Assembly: GCA_018266095.1 (NCBI GenBank)
Contig: JAFEBC010000100.1
Location: 1 to 29,248, forward strand
DNA length: 29,248 bases
DNA from: Deltaproteobacteria bacterium
GTDB lineage: Bacteria; Myxococcota; Myxococcia; Myxococcales; 40CM-4-68-19
Direction: 5' to 3'
Below the pieces are notes generated by a model, which saw only the letters and a list, made by a program, of their open reading frames with translations, was not told the DNA's origin and made no database searches. A program made the position numbers and the translations under genes. Below are positions 1 through 8,100 of the stretch, piece by piece (within the stretch, counting starts at the first letter, position 1; every line of letters begins with the position of its first letter).

Positions 1-2
1 CG

Positions 3-254
3 GGCGCGTCGACGAGCATCTACAATCGCAGCCTGTATCAGGAGCAGGCAGCCCCGGCGCCGCTGGGGGCGACGACGACACCGAGCGCGCCTGCGCCGAC
101 GCCGAGCCCGTCACGTGGGGCGCCGCAGCCGGCACCCGCGGCGGCGAGCGGGGCCGGGAAGGCAGCGCCCGCGAGCGCGCCGCAGGGGAAGCCGGCGCCG
201 GGAGGGAAGAAGGAAGAGCCGAAGGACAGGTTCAATTTGATCGAGCTGGAGTGA
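3..254 (+). CDS. 3' end of a gene entering from the left: Pro/Ala-rich tail ending ...KKEEPKDRFNLIELE*; product unknown
   Basis: Frame 3 is open from base 3 to TGA at 252-254 with GC-rich third positions: GASTSIYNRSLYQEQAAPAPLG...RFNLIELE. Not in the ORF track because it has no start in the window. Confidence 0.6.
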   Translation, partial: GASTSIYNRSLYQEQAAPAPLGATTTPSAPAPTPSPSRGAPQPAPAAASGAGKAAPASAPQGKPAPGGKKEEPKDRFNLIELE

Positions 255-318
255 TTCGGCGCGAGCCGACGCGTTGCCGCTCGAGCCGGCGGTGACTCAA
301 CTCGCGCCGCTCGCGCCC

Positions 319-1110
319 TCACTCCTTCGCGGGGCGCGGGTAGCGAAGGTTGACCAAGAGCATCGGATAGGTCACGCGCATGCGGTCGCCGACGTGTGCG
401 CCCGCGAAGGGTGCCTGCGTGCCCTTCAGCCTGTCCGCGAGACAGGCGCTGTAGGGCCCGGGCTCGAGGGACAGCGAGAGGTCGTCCTTCCCCGCGTCGT
501 CCGAGAACTCGAAGACGGTCTTCAAGACGCGCGCGTCGCTGACCACGACCCGTCCCCGCTGACCCGTCAGTCGCAGCTCGAGCGTGACCTCGACGCTGGC
601 CCGATCGGCGACATCGGCCGCCTCGGGCGCCGCCTCGGAGCCGTCCTCACAGGCGGACCCATCGTCAGGAGGCATGACCGTGGCCTTGGGCACCGCCTCC
701 TTCCGGGTCGGCGGCACGAAGAGCTTCTGGCACGGCTTGATCCAGTCGTGCTTGTTCAGGTCGCGAATGAACGCGTGTTGGTCCGGCTTCGCGTCGGGAG
801 CGAGCAGCGCCGAGAGTTCGCGGAGCGGCACCGCGTCCCAGTCGGGCGCGGGAGGTGTCGTGAGCGCGGCCCCCTGGCAGTACCCGCCGTCGCTGCAGCA
901 TGATGTGGAGCGCTGGCAGGCCGTGTTGCTCGCCGAGCTGCGCACGCAGCGTCCGCCCTGGCAGATGGAGCAGACCGTGTTCTTCCGCTGACGGGGCCGA
1001 GGCGCGTCGGGCGGGGCTGGCGTGGGTTGAGAGAGAGCAGCGGAGGACGCCACGAGGCAGAGCGCGAGGAGGCAGTTGCGCGCGGAGGCGCGGAAGCGAG
1101 CTATGGACAT
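319..1110 (-). CDS. Secreted Cys-rich hypothetical protein (263 aa) with a possible TonB-C/AgmX-PglI-like C-terminal domain
   Basis: Signal peptide (LLALCLVASSAALS), Cys cluster CSICQGGRC...CQRSTSCCSDGGYC, C-terminal ACLADRLKG...GDRMRVTYP pattern; G-rich SD upstream; last gene of the minus-strand run. Confidence 0.7.
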   Translation of the reverse strand: MSIARFRASARNCLLALCLVASSAALSQPTPAPPDAPRPRQRKNTVCSICQGGRCVRSSASNTACQRSTSCCSDGGYCQGAALTTPPAPDWDAVPLRELSALLAPDAKPDQHAFIRDLNKHDWIKPCQKLFVPPTRKEAVPKATVMPPDDGSACEDGSEAAPEAADVADRASVEVTLELRLTGQRGRVVVSDARVLKTVFEFSDDAGKDDLSLSLEPGPYSACLADRLKGTQAPFAGAHVGDRMRVTYPMLLVNLRYPRPAKE

Positions 1111-1136
1111 GGAATGGCACCCCCCCAGGTGCCGGG

Positions 1137-4100
1137 CTACGGACAGTTCGTGTACGAGCTGTTCCCCGAGTTGCAGTTGTCGAAGCCCACGCGCGGCCAG
1201 TTGGCGGCGCTGGGCGCGACGGTGCCGCCCGCGTCGGTCATGATGGCGTAGACGCGACCGTTGTCGGCGGCGAAGTAGAGCGTGCCGTCGCTGCCGATCG
1301 TCGGCTCGGTGCCCACGCCCGTGAACCCGACATTCGTCCCGCCGAGCACGCTCGTCAGCTTGAGCTTCGCGGACCAGCCGGTGGCGAGAGAGGCCGTCGA
1401 GCCGGAGGGCTTCCCGATGGCCACGAGCTCGCCGTTGCCGGTGGTGAAGTAGTAGGTCGGCGTGGATTCCTTGCCGATGGCGACGGCGGAGATCGTGGAC
1501 GTCGCCGCATACGAGAACACCTGGGCGCCGCCCGTTGCCCCTGCGGAAGCGTCGAAGGCGCGAAGGGATCCGTCACTGCTACCGGCGACTCCGAAGACCA
1601 AGCCTCCGTGCACTACCGGGGATGCGGTGATCGTGTCGAGCATTGCGCCCGCCGCGGTGCCTTGTGTGGCCCATTGATTCGTTCCGAAATCAAGGGAGAA
1701 CGCTTGGTATTGGAAGTTGCGATTGAGTGCCACGTAGGCGCTCGAGCTCACGGGAACCAGAGGCCCAAGCGGGCTGTAGTTGGTGCCCAAGTCAACCGTG
1801 GTCGGGCTGCCGAACGAGCCAGAATAGGATACCTTGGCGAGGCCTCGGTTCTGGTACGTCAAGTAAACGGTGCTCCCGTCGGTGGCTGGCGGACCAAGCG
1901 TCCCGCCACCGATGGACACTGGATTGGGACTATTCGTCCCACAGCTAGCAGTGGTCGCTTTGAGGGCGTACAGGTTGTGATTTCCGGTCGCCGCGTCGCT
2001 CGCCAGGACTCGCTCAGTCGCTGCAGAATTTCCGACGATAGCCAATCCACTGGCCAGGATGGTTCCGTTGCCAGCCAGGTCGCACGTGGACACGCTCGTG
2101 AGGCCACCTGCTGCAACGGTGAACGACTGCACGTGGTCCCCGCTCGTGATCGCGTAAACGATGTTTGTCGTCGGACTGTACGCGAGGTTGTTCGTAACGG
2201 TCACGCCAGAACTCGCGTTCTTGCCTGCTGTACCGACCACAGCGCCGGTCAAACTCAGCTGCGCAATCGGGTCAGTATTCGTGCCTGCGTTTCCAGCAAC
2301 CAGGACGTACTGACTTCCCGAAATCGGCGGCGTCAGCACAGGTGCGCCCTTGATGTTGTTGAACAAAGCGCTGACGCTCCGCGCCCACTTCAACCGCGTG
2401 ATGTTCATCGTGCTCGTCGCCGCCGTCGACACGTTGCCGACGAGGTCCTTCGTCGTCACGCTGACCACCACGCTGCCCTCACCATTGGCGTCGCTCGAGA
2501 ACGTCGCCTGGCTCGGGTTGACCGTGAACGTGTACGTGTTGCCCGACGTGTACGTGGCCGTGCACGTCCCCTGCCCAGGAACGGTGCAGGTGCCGCTTCC
2601 TGCGGCCGTCGCGATCCCGCTGCCGCCCGTGCCGTCGTCGGCCGTGAACGTCAGGCTCGAGCCGTCGTCGCCCAGGCGCCAGAAGCGGTTGCCGTCGTGG
2701 CCGCAGGTGATGGTGCCGCTCGTGTCGCAGCCGCCGCTCGGGTACTGCCCCGCGATGCTGAACGACGCCGTGGGCGCCTTCCCGTCGATTCCGAGCGTTC
2801 CGCTGCCGACCGCCTGCTGCGCGTGCCCGAGGGTGTCCTTGGCCTGGATGGTGAACGCGATCGTCCCTTGCTGGCCCGCGGGGATCTTCGCGTTCACGCG
2901 AGGAATCGCGAAGTGCCACTTGTTCGCCACGCTGCCGTCGAGGGTTCCCGTGGCCAGCGTCGTCGTGCCTGCCGCGAGCAGCACATCGCTCGCGGAGACG
3001 CCGCTGCCGTTGTCCACGATGGTCGCCGTCACGTCGAGGTCAGCGCCGGTCTGCGAGAACCACGGCACGGTGCTGATGACGACGCCACCGGTGACAGCCA
3101 CGTTGCTGATCGCGGGGCCGAGGTCGTCGATCTTGAACCTGGCGCTCGAGGGCGTCGAAGACGAGGAGTTGCCCACGCCGTCGGCGGCCGTGACCGAGAA
3201 CACGACATCGCCCTCCTGGCCGGCCGTGGCCAAGGTCGGGTCGATGTTGAACGAGAAGGTCTTGGCCGTTCCCGAGCCGGTGGGCCCCGTGCCGTAGATG
3301 GTGTTGCCGCCGAGAGCCAGCGTCGAGGTCGCAGCGCCAGACCCACCCGTTCCATCGTCGACCACGACCGTGACTGGCACCGGCGTTCCTGCGTTGCGGG
3401 CATAGAAGCCGTTCGAGCCGGACGCTCCGTTGGCGGTGGCCGTCACGGCGCCGATCACGGGCGAGAGTCGATCCACCTTCACCGCTGTCGGCGTGGAGGT
3501 CGCTTGGTTCAGCACGTTGTCCTGCGCCACCACCACGAGGGACACGGCGCCTTGCACGCCGGCCGCCTGGATGTCGCCTCCCACCAGTGAGAACGTCCGC
3601 GTCGGGCCGCTCGTGCTCGACGGGCTGAACACGGCGGACCCGTTCTGCACCTTGAGCTTCACGCTCGCAGCATCGAGACCGGCGCCGTTGGCGACATCGT
3701 CGACATCGATCTTGAAGGACACCCCGCCGTCCACGCCCACGAAGTTCGTCGTGTCGGCCACGATGTTCTGGAACGAGGGCGGGTTGTTGTCGTACGCGAT
3801 CGAGCCGCCGTCGAACGACGCCTGGTTCCCGAGCGTGTCCGCGCTGCCCACGACGTACGCGACCTTGCCCTGCGTGTTCGCGCTCGCCCCGAGATCTGCC
3901 ACGGGGACCACGAACGTGTACGTGCCGCTGCTCGCCGTCGCGGGGTAGTTGTGCGTGCCGAGGAACAAGCGCGTCTGCGACTGGTCGACGCCAGCTGCGC
4001 CCACGTCGGTGACTTGCACCGACACGTTCGCGTTCGCCGGGGCTCCGCTCGCGGTCGTCGAGTAGAACGGGTGGTCCGTCGTGGGGCCGCTGATGGCGGG

Positions 4101-4757
4101 TGCGCTCTCGTCCAGGGTGACGGAGACGGGGGCGGAGTCCTTGTTGCGCTCGGTCGTGTCCTGCATCCAGAAGACCTTCGCGTACATCGTGGCTGCGCCT
4201 GTGGTGAGGCCGTGGCCGGTGAGAGTCAATTGGCCGGTGAACACGTCGTTCGTGCCTTGCGTCACGGTGAGGGTGCTCGACGTCGCGCCCTGCTCGATGC
4301 GGAACTCGACCTTGGTCGCGCCGCCGGGTCCGGAGGCGTTGGCGCTCACGTTGACCGTCGAACCGCCGATGGGGACGGTGCCGTCGGGGAGGGTCAGCGT
4401 GACGACGCCGTCCGGCGGGTCCACGCAGTGCGGGTGCTTCGGGTCGTCGAGGTTGCAGATCTGGAGGCCCTGGCAAGCCGGGAGGCAGCTCTTGGCCACG
4501 CAGGTGTCGGCGGTGCAGTCCTCATTGTCCGCGCACTTCACCGTGTGATGAACACACTCGGGCACGCAGACGGCCAAGTCCTTGATGGATGTGTTGTCGC
4601 AGACCTCGTGGGTCGGGCAACCTCCGGCGCACTGGCCCTTGGAGTCCTGAGTCACGTCGGCACAGCCAACCAGGGAGGCGCTCAGAGAGAGGGCGACCGC
4701 GAACAGAGAGATGGTGCGAGACATCGTGCGTCCAGTCTGGAAGTGAATCTTGTTCAT
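1137..4757 (-). CDS. Giant lipoprotein B (~1206 aa): Cys-rich N-terminus, multiple bacterial Ig-like repeats, C-terminal PQQ-like beta-propeller
   Basis: ATG 4757 is 7 nt after AGGAG (alternative ATG 4724); lipobox LSASLVG-C; repeated D-x-x-A/P-P-x-I and V-x-A-x-D-x-x-G-N Ig-type motifs; propeller-like blades (EPTIGSDGTLYFAADNGRVYAI). Thr/Ser/Gly-rich. Confidence 0.85.
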   Translation of the reverse strand: MNKIHFQTGRTMSRTISLFAVALSLSASLVGCADVTQDSKGQCAGGCPTHEVCDNTSIKDLAVCVPECVHHTVKCADNEDCTADTCVAKSCLPACQGLQICNLDDPKHPHCVDPPDGVVTLTLPDGTVPIGGSTVNVSANASGPGGATKVEFRIEQGATSSTLTVTQGTNDVFTGQLTLTGHGLTTGAATMYAKVFWMQDTTERNKDSAPVSVTLDESAPAISGPTTDHPFYSTTASGAPANANVSVQVTDVGAAGVDQSQTRLFLGTHNYPATASSGTYTFVVPVADLGASANTQGKVAYVVGSADTLGNQASFDGGSIAYDNNPPSFQNIVADTTNFVGVDGGVSFKIDVDDVANGAGLDAASVKLKVQNGSAVFSPSSTSGPTRTFSLVGGDIQAAGVQGAVSLVVVAQDNVLNQATSTPTAVKVDRLSPVIGAVTATANGASGSNGFYARNAGTPVPVTVVVDDGTGGSGAATSTLALGGNTIYGTGPTGSGTAKTFSFNIDPTLATAGQEGDVVFSVTAADGVGNSSSSTPSSARFKIDDLGPAISNVAVTGGVVISTVPWFSQTGADLDVTATIVDNGSGVSASDVLLAAGTTTLATGTLDGSVANKWHFAIPRVNAKIPAGQQGTIAFTIQAKDTLGHAQQAVGSGTLGIDGKAPTASFSIAGQYPSGGCDTSGTITCGHDGNRFWRLGDDGSSLTFTADDGTGGSGIATAAGSGTCTVPGQGTCTATYTSGNTYTFTVNPSQATFSSDANGEGSVVVSVTTKDLVGNVSTAATSTMNITRLKWARSVSALFNNIKGAPVLTPPISGSQYVLVAGNAGTNTDPIAQLSLTGAVVGTAGKNASSGVTVTNNLAYSPTTNIVYAITSGDHVQSFTVAAGGLTSVSTCDLAGNGTILASGLAIVGNSAATERVLASDAATGNHNLYALKATTASCGTNSPNPVSIGGGTLGPPATDGSTVYLTYQNRGLAKVSYSGSFGSPTTVDLGTNYSPLGPLVPVSSSAYVALNRNFQYQAFSLDFGTNQWATQGTAAGAMLDTITASPVVHGGLVFGVAGSSDGSLRAFDASAGATGGAQVFSYAATSTISAVAIGKESTPTYYFTTGNGELVAIGKPSGSTASLATGWSAKLKLTSVLGGTNVGFTGVGTEPTIGSDGTLYFAADNGRVYAIMTDAGGTVAPSAANWPRVGFDNCNSGNSSYTNCP

Positions 4758-4767
4758 GAGTCGGCTC

Positions 4768-6117
4768 CTAGAACGCGAAGGCGATGACGCCGCCGACCAC
4801 AATCAGGCCGACACCGATTCCAAGGGCGACCTTGCTGACGCCTTGGGCAGACTTCGCGGAGTTGATCTGGTCGACCTGCGCGGGCAGGTAGTAGCCGCCA
4901 TTCTTGTCGTAGGCATCGTTCGCGTCGCTCACGAGTCCCTTGGCGTGCATGTACTCGTACCCACCGACGCCCGCCGCGACGACGCCGAGTCCGGCCAGGA
5001 CGAACCCGACCGGCTTGTTCCACCTCACGCCCGCCTGCGCCAACTTGGGCCGCACGCTCGGGGGCACCTTCCGCTTCCCGTCCTTGTCCAGCGGCAAATC
5101 CTTCGGCGCCAAGAGCGCCAGCCCGCCCTTGTCGAACTGCCGCCCGTACAGCGCCACGCCCGCCTGCGGGTCGCGCAGGATGGCCAGCGGGCGCTCGAGG
5201 CTCGTGCTCTGGCCGATGGTGAAGCGCACCTTGTGCACGCCGACCGGCAAGCGGATCTTCTCGGCGGCCTTGCCGTCACCCGTCCGCTTCAAGGGCGACT
5301 GGTCCACGATGAGCTGCATCTCCGGCAGGTCCAGGTCGATGAGCGCCTCGCCCATGCAGCCCTCGCGCACGAGCAGCTTGCAGGCGAGCGACTCGGCCCA
5401 GGCGCGGATCTCGACGGGGTCCGTCGACGCGACGATCTGCTCCGCGGAGCTCAGGCGCTTCTGGTGCTGCACGTCGATCACGCGCACGCGCACCGCGAGG
5501 CCGTTCTCGGCCTTGAGCAGCGCGCCGACCATGACCTCGTCGATCTGCTGCAGGCTGCCGAGGAGCGCGAAGCAGGCGTCGTCCTCGAGGTCGCAGGACT
5601 TGGGCGTCTTCATCGGCACCACGGAGCGGATGGCGGGCGCGACCTGCGCCACGGCCGTCAGGCTCTTCTCGATGTCGTCGAAGACCGGGTCGTCGGGCTG
5701 GCCCGGGTGCACGAGCTTGTAGATGCCGAGCTGGTAGGTGGGCTTGGCGTTCTCGGAGAGCAGGTCGGGCAGCTCCATGCCGCCGCTCGCGAGCGGTGTG
5801 CCGGAGAGCGTGGGCAGGTCCTTGCCCGAGAGCGCGCCCTTGGTGGCCGGATCGGCCTGGATGGGCTTGCCGTCGGGGCCGGTGGCAGGAGCGGCCGCAG
5901 GCGCGGCGGCCTTGGCGTCCTTGGCGGGGGCGGCTTTGCTCGCCTTGGGATCGGCAGGCTTCGCGTCGGCGGGCTTGGCCTTGGAGTCCTTCTTCTTCGG
6001 CGCGGGCTTGGACAGGTCGAAGTCGCCGAGATCCGCCTTCTTGGCGTCTCCCTGCGCGAACGCCGCGTTGCTCAGCGCTGCCAGGAGCGCCACCACCACC
6101 ACTCGCATCAAACGCAT
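4768..6117 (-). CDS. Exported protein (~449 aa): Ala/Lys/Pro-rich linker, TolB-N/CsgG-like domain, PEGA-like domain, C-terminal Gly-rich membrane anchor ending in Phe
   Basis: ATG 6117 after GGGGAG; signal peptide MRLMRVVVVALLAALSNAAFA; CDLEDDAC...VMVGALLK...VRVRVID segment; IRLPVGVHKVRF PEGA-like strand; two hydrophobic Gly-rich helices, ending ...GGVIAFAF. Domain names are by-eye resemblance. Confidence 0.8.
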   Translation of the reverse strand: MRLMRVVVVALLAALSNAAFAQGDAKKADLGDFDLSKPAPKKKDSKAKPADAKPADPKASKAAPAKDAKAAAPAAAPATGPDGKPIQADPATKGALSGKDLPTLSGTPLASGGMELPDLLSENAKPTYQLGIYKLVHPGQPDDPVFDDIEKSLTAVAQVAPAIRSVVPMKTPKSCDLEDDACFALLGSLQQIDEVMVGALLKAENGLAVRVRVIDVQHQKRLSSAEQIVASTDPVEIRAWAESLACKLLVREGCMGEALIDLDLPEMQLIVDQSPLKRTGDGKAAEKIRLPVGVHKVRFTIGQSTSLERPLAILRDPQAGVALYGRQFDKGGLALLAPKDLPLDKDGKRKVPPSVRPKLAQAGVRWNKPVGFVLAGLGVVAAGVGGYEYMHAKGLVSDANDAYDKNGGYYLPAQVDQINSAKSAQGVSKVALGIGVGLIVVGGVIAFAF

Positions 6118-6229
6118 GATGTCTCCCCGACCCTTGCCCGATGGTTCGTTTTGGGCGCCGCAAGAATGCCCCGTGCAGATGGGTCGGGGCAACTTCTGCG
6201 CCGCGGTTCTTCGCTCGTGTTCATGTCGA

Positions 6230-6802
6230 TCAGTTCCAGCCCGGCACATCCGCCCAGCGTCCGTCCTGAATGTGCGCTTCGATTGAGGCGCACGCCGGCC
6301 CATACCACTTGTGTGGCGCGTCGCGCGTGGTGGAGACCCACTGCTGCTGGTTTGCGCTGAAGTAGTCCCAGTACGAGCCGCCGTTGTAGCCTTGGTAGAT
6401 CTCGGTCGCCCGCGGCGACGTTCTCCTTCCAGTTCCAGATCTGCCCCTGCGTCGGGTCCGGCGTGTCGAGCTGCATGATTCCGAAGCCACCCTTGCGCGG
6501 CCGCTTGGGGTGGGCCCCGGGTCCATGTCGACGACGCCGCGGAACGCCTCCACGAGATCGTCAGGCGTGTGGTCCAAGCTGAGCGTCTGGTCGTCGCCCG
6601 ACTGCTCGTGCTGGAGAAGCGCCAGAGGCGCCGAGGTCATCTTGCCCGGGTCGTAGAAGATCGGCACGCGCGGCAGGCGGGGCTCGGTCGTGATCCACAC
6701 GGTGCCTTGGTGATGGACGTCGGGGTCGTTCAGCTTGCCAAACGCCTCCAGGAGCTCGTCGGGAGGCGCGAGCACGTTCTCCGCGTGGAAGACGCGCGCC
6801 AT
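6230..6802 (-). pseudogene. Degenerate lysozyme-like/lytic transglycosylase (SLT-type) gene with two compensating frameshifts
   Basis: Frame A reads MARVFHAENV...VVDMDPG. The GC3-rich sense then moves to another frame (KGGFGIMQLDTPDPTQGQIWNWKENVAAG, ~6408-6494) and back to frame A (EIYQGYNGGSYWDYF...DVPGWN*). GxxQL, NxxxG and YNxG are SLT hallmark motifs. Confidence 0.6.
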
Positions 6803-7164
6803 CAGTTGGACCCGCTCCCAGTCTCGGGGGAACCTCCGCCGTCGCCGGTGGTGCCACTGCCATCCGAAGAGCACGTGAGGTGGATGACGCGGGACAATTG
6901 GACGGTGCAGGTGAAGACGCCGGCGACGCCATCGACCGGAGCGTAGGTGGGCGGACCCGCGTCGTAGACGGGTTCGGCCTCGAGGGGGCTTGCGTCTCGG
7001 AGCTTGAGAGTCTGTTCGAGCTGGTCCGGCGCCAGACCGGCCGAGTGCGCGCCGTGGAGCGCGAAGGGCGACCACAGGCCGTCCGCCGTGCTCGCCTGCG
7101 CCGGAGCGGGGCCGGTGCGAGCAATCTCGACGACGGCGAGCGCAATCAGAGTGAACGCGGACAA
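6802..7164 (-). CDS. Small exported hypothetical protein (120 aa), or the N-terminal fragment of the downstream decayed gene
   Basis: TTG start after GAGG, signal-like N-terminus ending AQA, GC3-rich codons, Gly/Ser/Thr linker-like end; its TGA overlaps the next ATG (TGATG at 6804-6800). Confidence 0.5.
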   Translation of the reverse strand: MSAFTLIALAVVEIARTGPAPAQASTADGLWSPFALHGAHSAGLAPDQLEQTLKLRDASPLEAEPVYDAGPPTYAPVDGVAGVFTCTVQLSRVIHLTCSSDGSGTTGDGGGSPETGSGSN

Positions 7165-7171
7165 GGTCGCC

Positions 7172-8092
7172 TCAGAAGACGAAGGTCAGCAAGGCACCCG
7201 ACACCAGGCAAACGCCGGCGCCTATCACTGACACGGTCGCCAGCGTCCCCTTCGAGTTCGCGTCGTCGCGCAGCGAGGCGTCGGACGGCTTGAGCGTGCC
7301 GCTCTGGTACTTGCTGTTGAACTCGTCGGCCGACGATTGCGCGCCGCTGTGGAACACGAAGGCCATCGCGCCCGCGACCACGCCGGCGCCCAGCAGCGTG
7401 TACCCGGCGATGCGCGTGCCCTTGGACTTCACGCCTGGCGCGGCCTTGGCGCTGACGGCCTCGGGCGGCGCGCTGTCCTCCTCTTCAGAGCGCGGGGCCT
7501 CGACCGCGTTCGGGTCCGGAGGAGGAGGTGGCGGCGGCGGCGCAGCCTTGGCGCCTGGCTTGCCCTGCGTGGAGGCGACCTTGGCGCCCTTCCCGTCCTT
7601 CGCGTTCGGGTTGGCCGCGGGGCCGTCGACCGAGCTCTCGAGGTGATCCTCGGGATATCGCGGCGCGTTCGGCCGGGCCGCCTCTGCCTGCGCGCGCATC
7701 TTCTCGGCCTCCTCGTCGGCCTCGATCTTCTTCTTCAGCGTGGCCATGAAGGTCTCGACCTCGGCGCGGTTGGGCGCGTCGGGCCGCTGCGACAGGTACT
7801 GCGAGTAGTAGAAGTACCCCTGCTTGTAGTTGCCGATCTGGCGCATGGCCTGCGCCAGGTTGAAGAGGATGGCGGGCGCCTTCGAGAGCCGGTACGCCTC
7901 GCGGAACTCCTGCACCGCCTCGGTGAACTCGCCGAGCGCGTAGTGCGTCTGGCCGGCCTGGAAGTGCTGCTTGGCCTCGGCCATCGAATCCGCGGCCTGC
8001 GCGCGCGGCGCGGCGAGCGAGAGGACGAGCGCCAGCGCGAACGAGCGGGCGACCCTCGACAGCAGCGGAGCGTGCTGGGTGTGCGTGGTCAT
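7172..8092 (-). CDS. Exported tetratricopeptide-repeat protein (~306 aa) with a Pro-rich linker and C-terminal Gly-rich membrane anchor ending in Phe
   Basis: ATG 8092 after AGGAG; signal peptide ending AQA; TPR helices EAKQHFQAGQTHYALGEFTEAVQEFREAY...LFNLAQAMRQIGNYKQG...YL; poly-Pro; ends ...SGALLTFVF. Confidence 0.85.
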   Translation of the reverse strand: MTTHTQHAPLLSRVARSFALALVLSLAAPRAQAADSMAEAKQHFQAGQTHYALGEFTEAVQEFREAYRLSKAPAILFNLAQAMRQIGNYKQGYFYYSQYLSQRPDAPNRAEVETFMATLKKKIEADEEAEKMRAQAEAARPNAPRYPEDHLESSVDGPAANPNAKDGKGAKVASTQGKPGAKAAPPPPPPPPDPNAVEAPRSEEEDSAPPEAVSAKAAPGVKSKGTRIAGYTLLGAGVVAGAMAFVFHSGAQSSADEFNSKYQSGTLKPSDASLRDDANSKGTLATVSVIGAGVCLVSGALLTFVF

Positions 8093-8100
8093 GGTCGCTC

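Noticed and set aside
258-316. GGCGCGAG/CTCGCGCC inverted repeat between convergent genes as a terminator
   Set aside because: Short GC-only arms, long loop and no U-tract; not distinguishable from background.
900-3590. 896-aa plus-strand ORF, and similar 3040-4476, 3951-4787 and 4750-6360 ORFs
   Set aside because: Arg/Gly/Ala-rich shadow frames of GC3-biased minus-strand genes, with no motifs.
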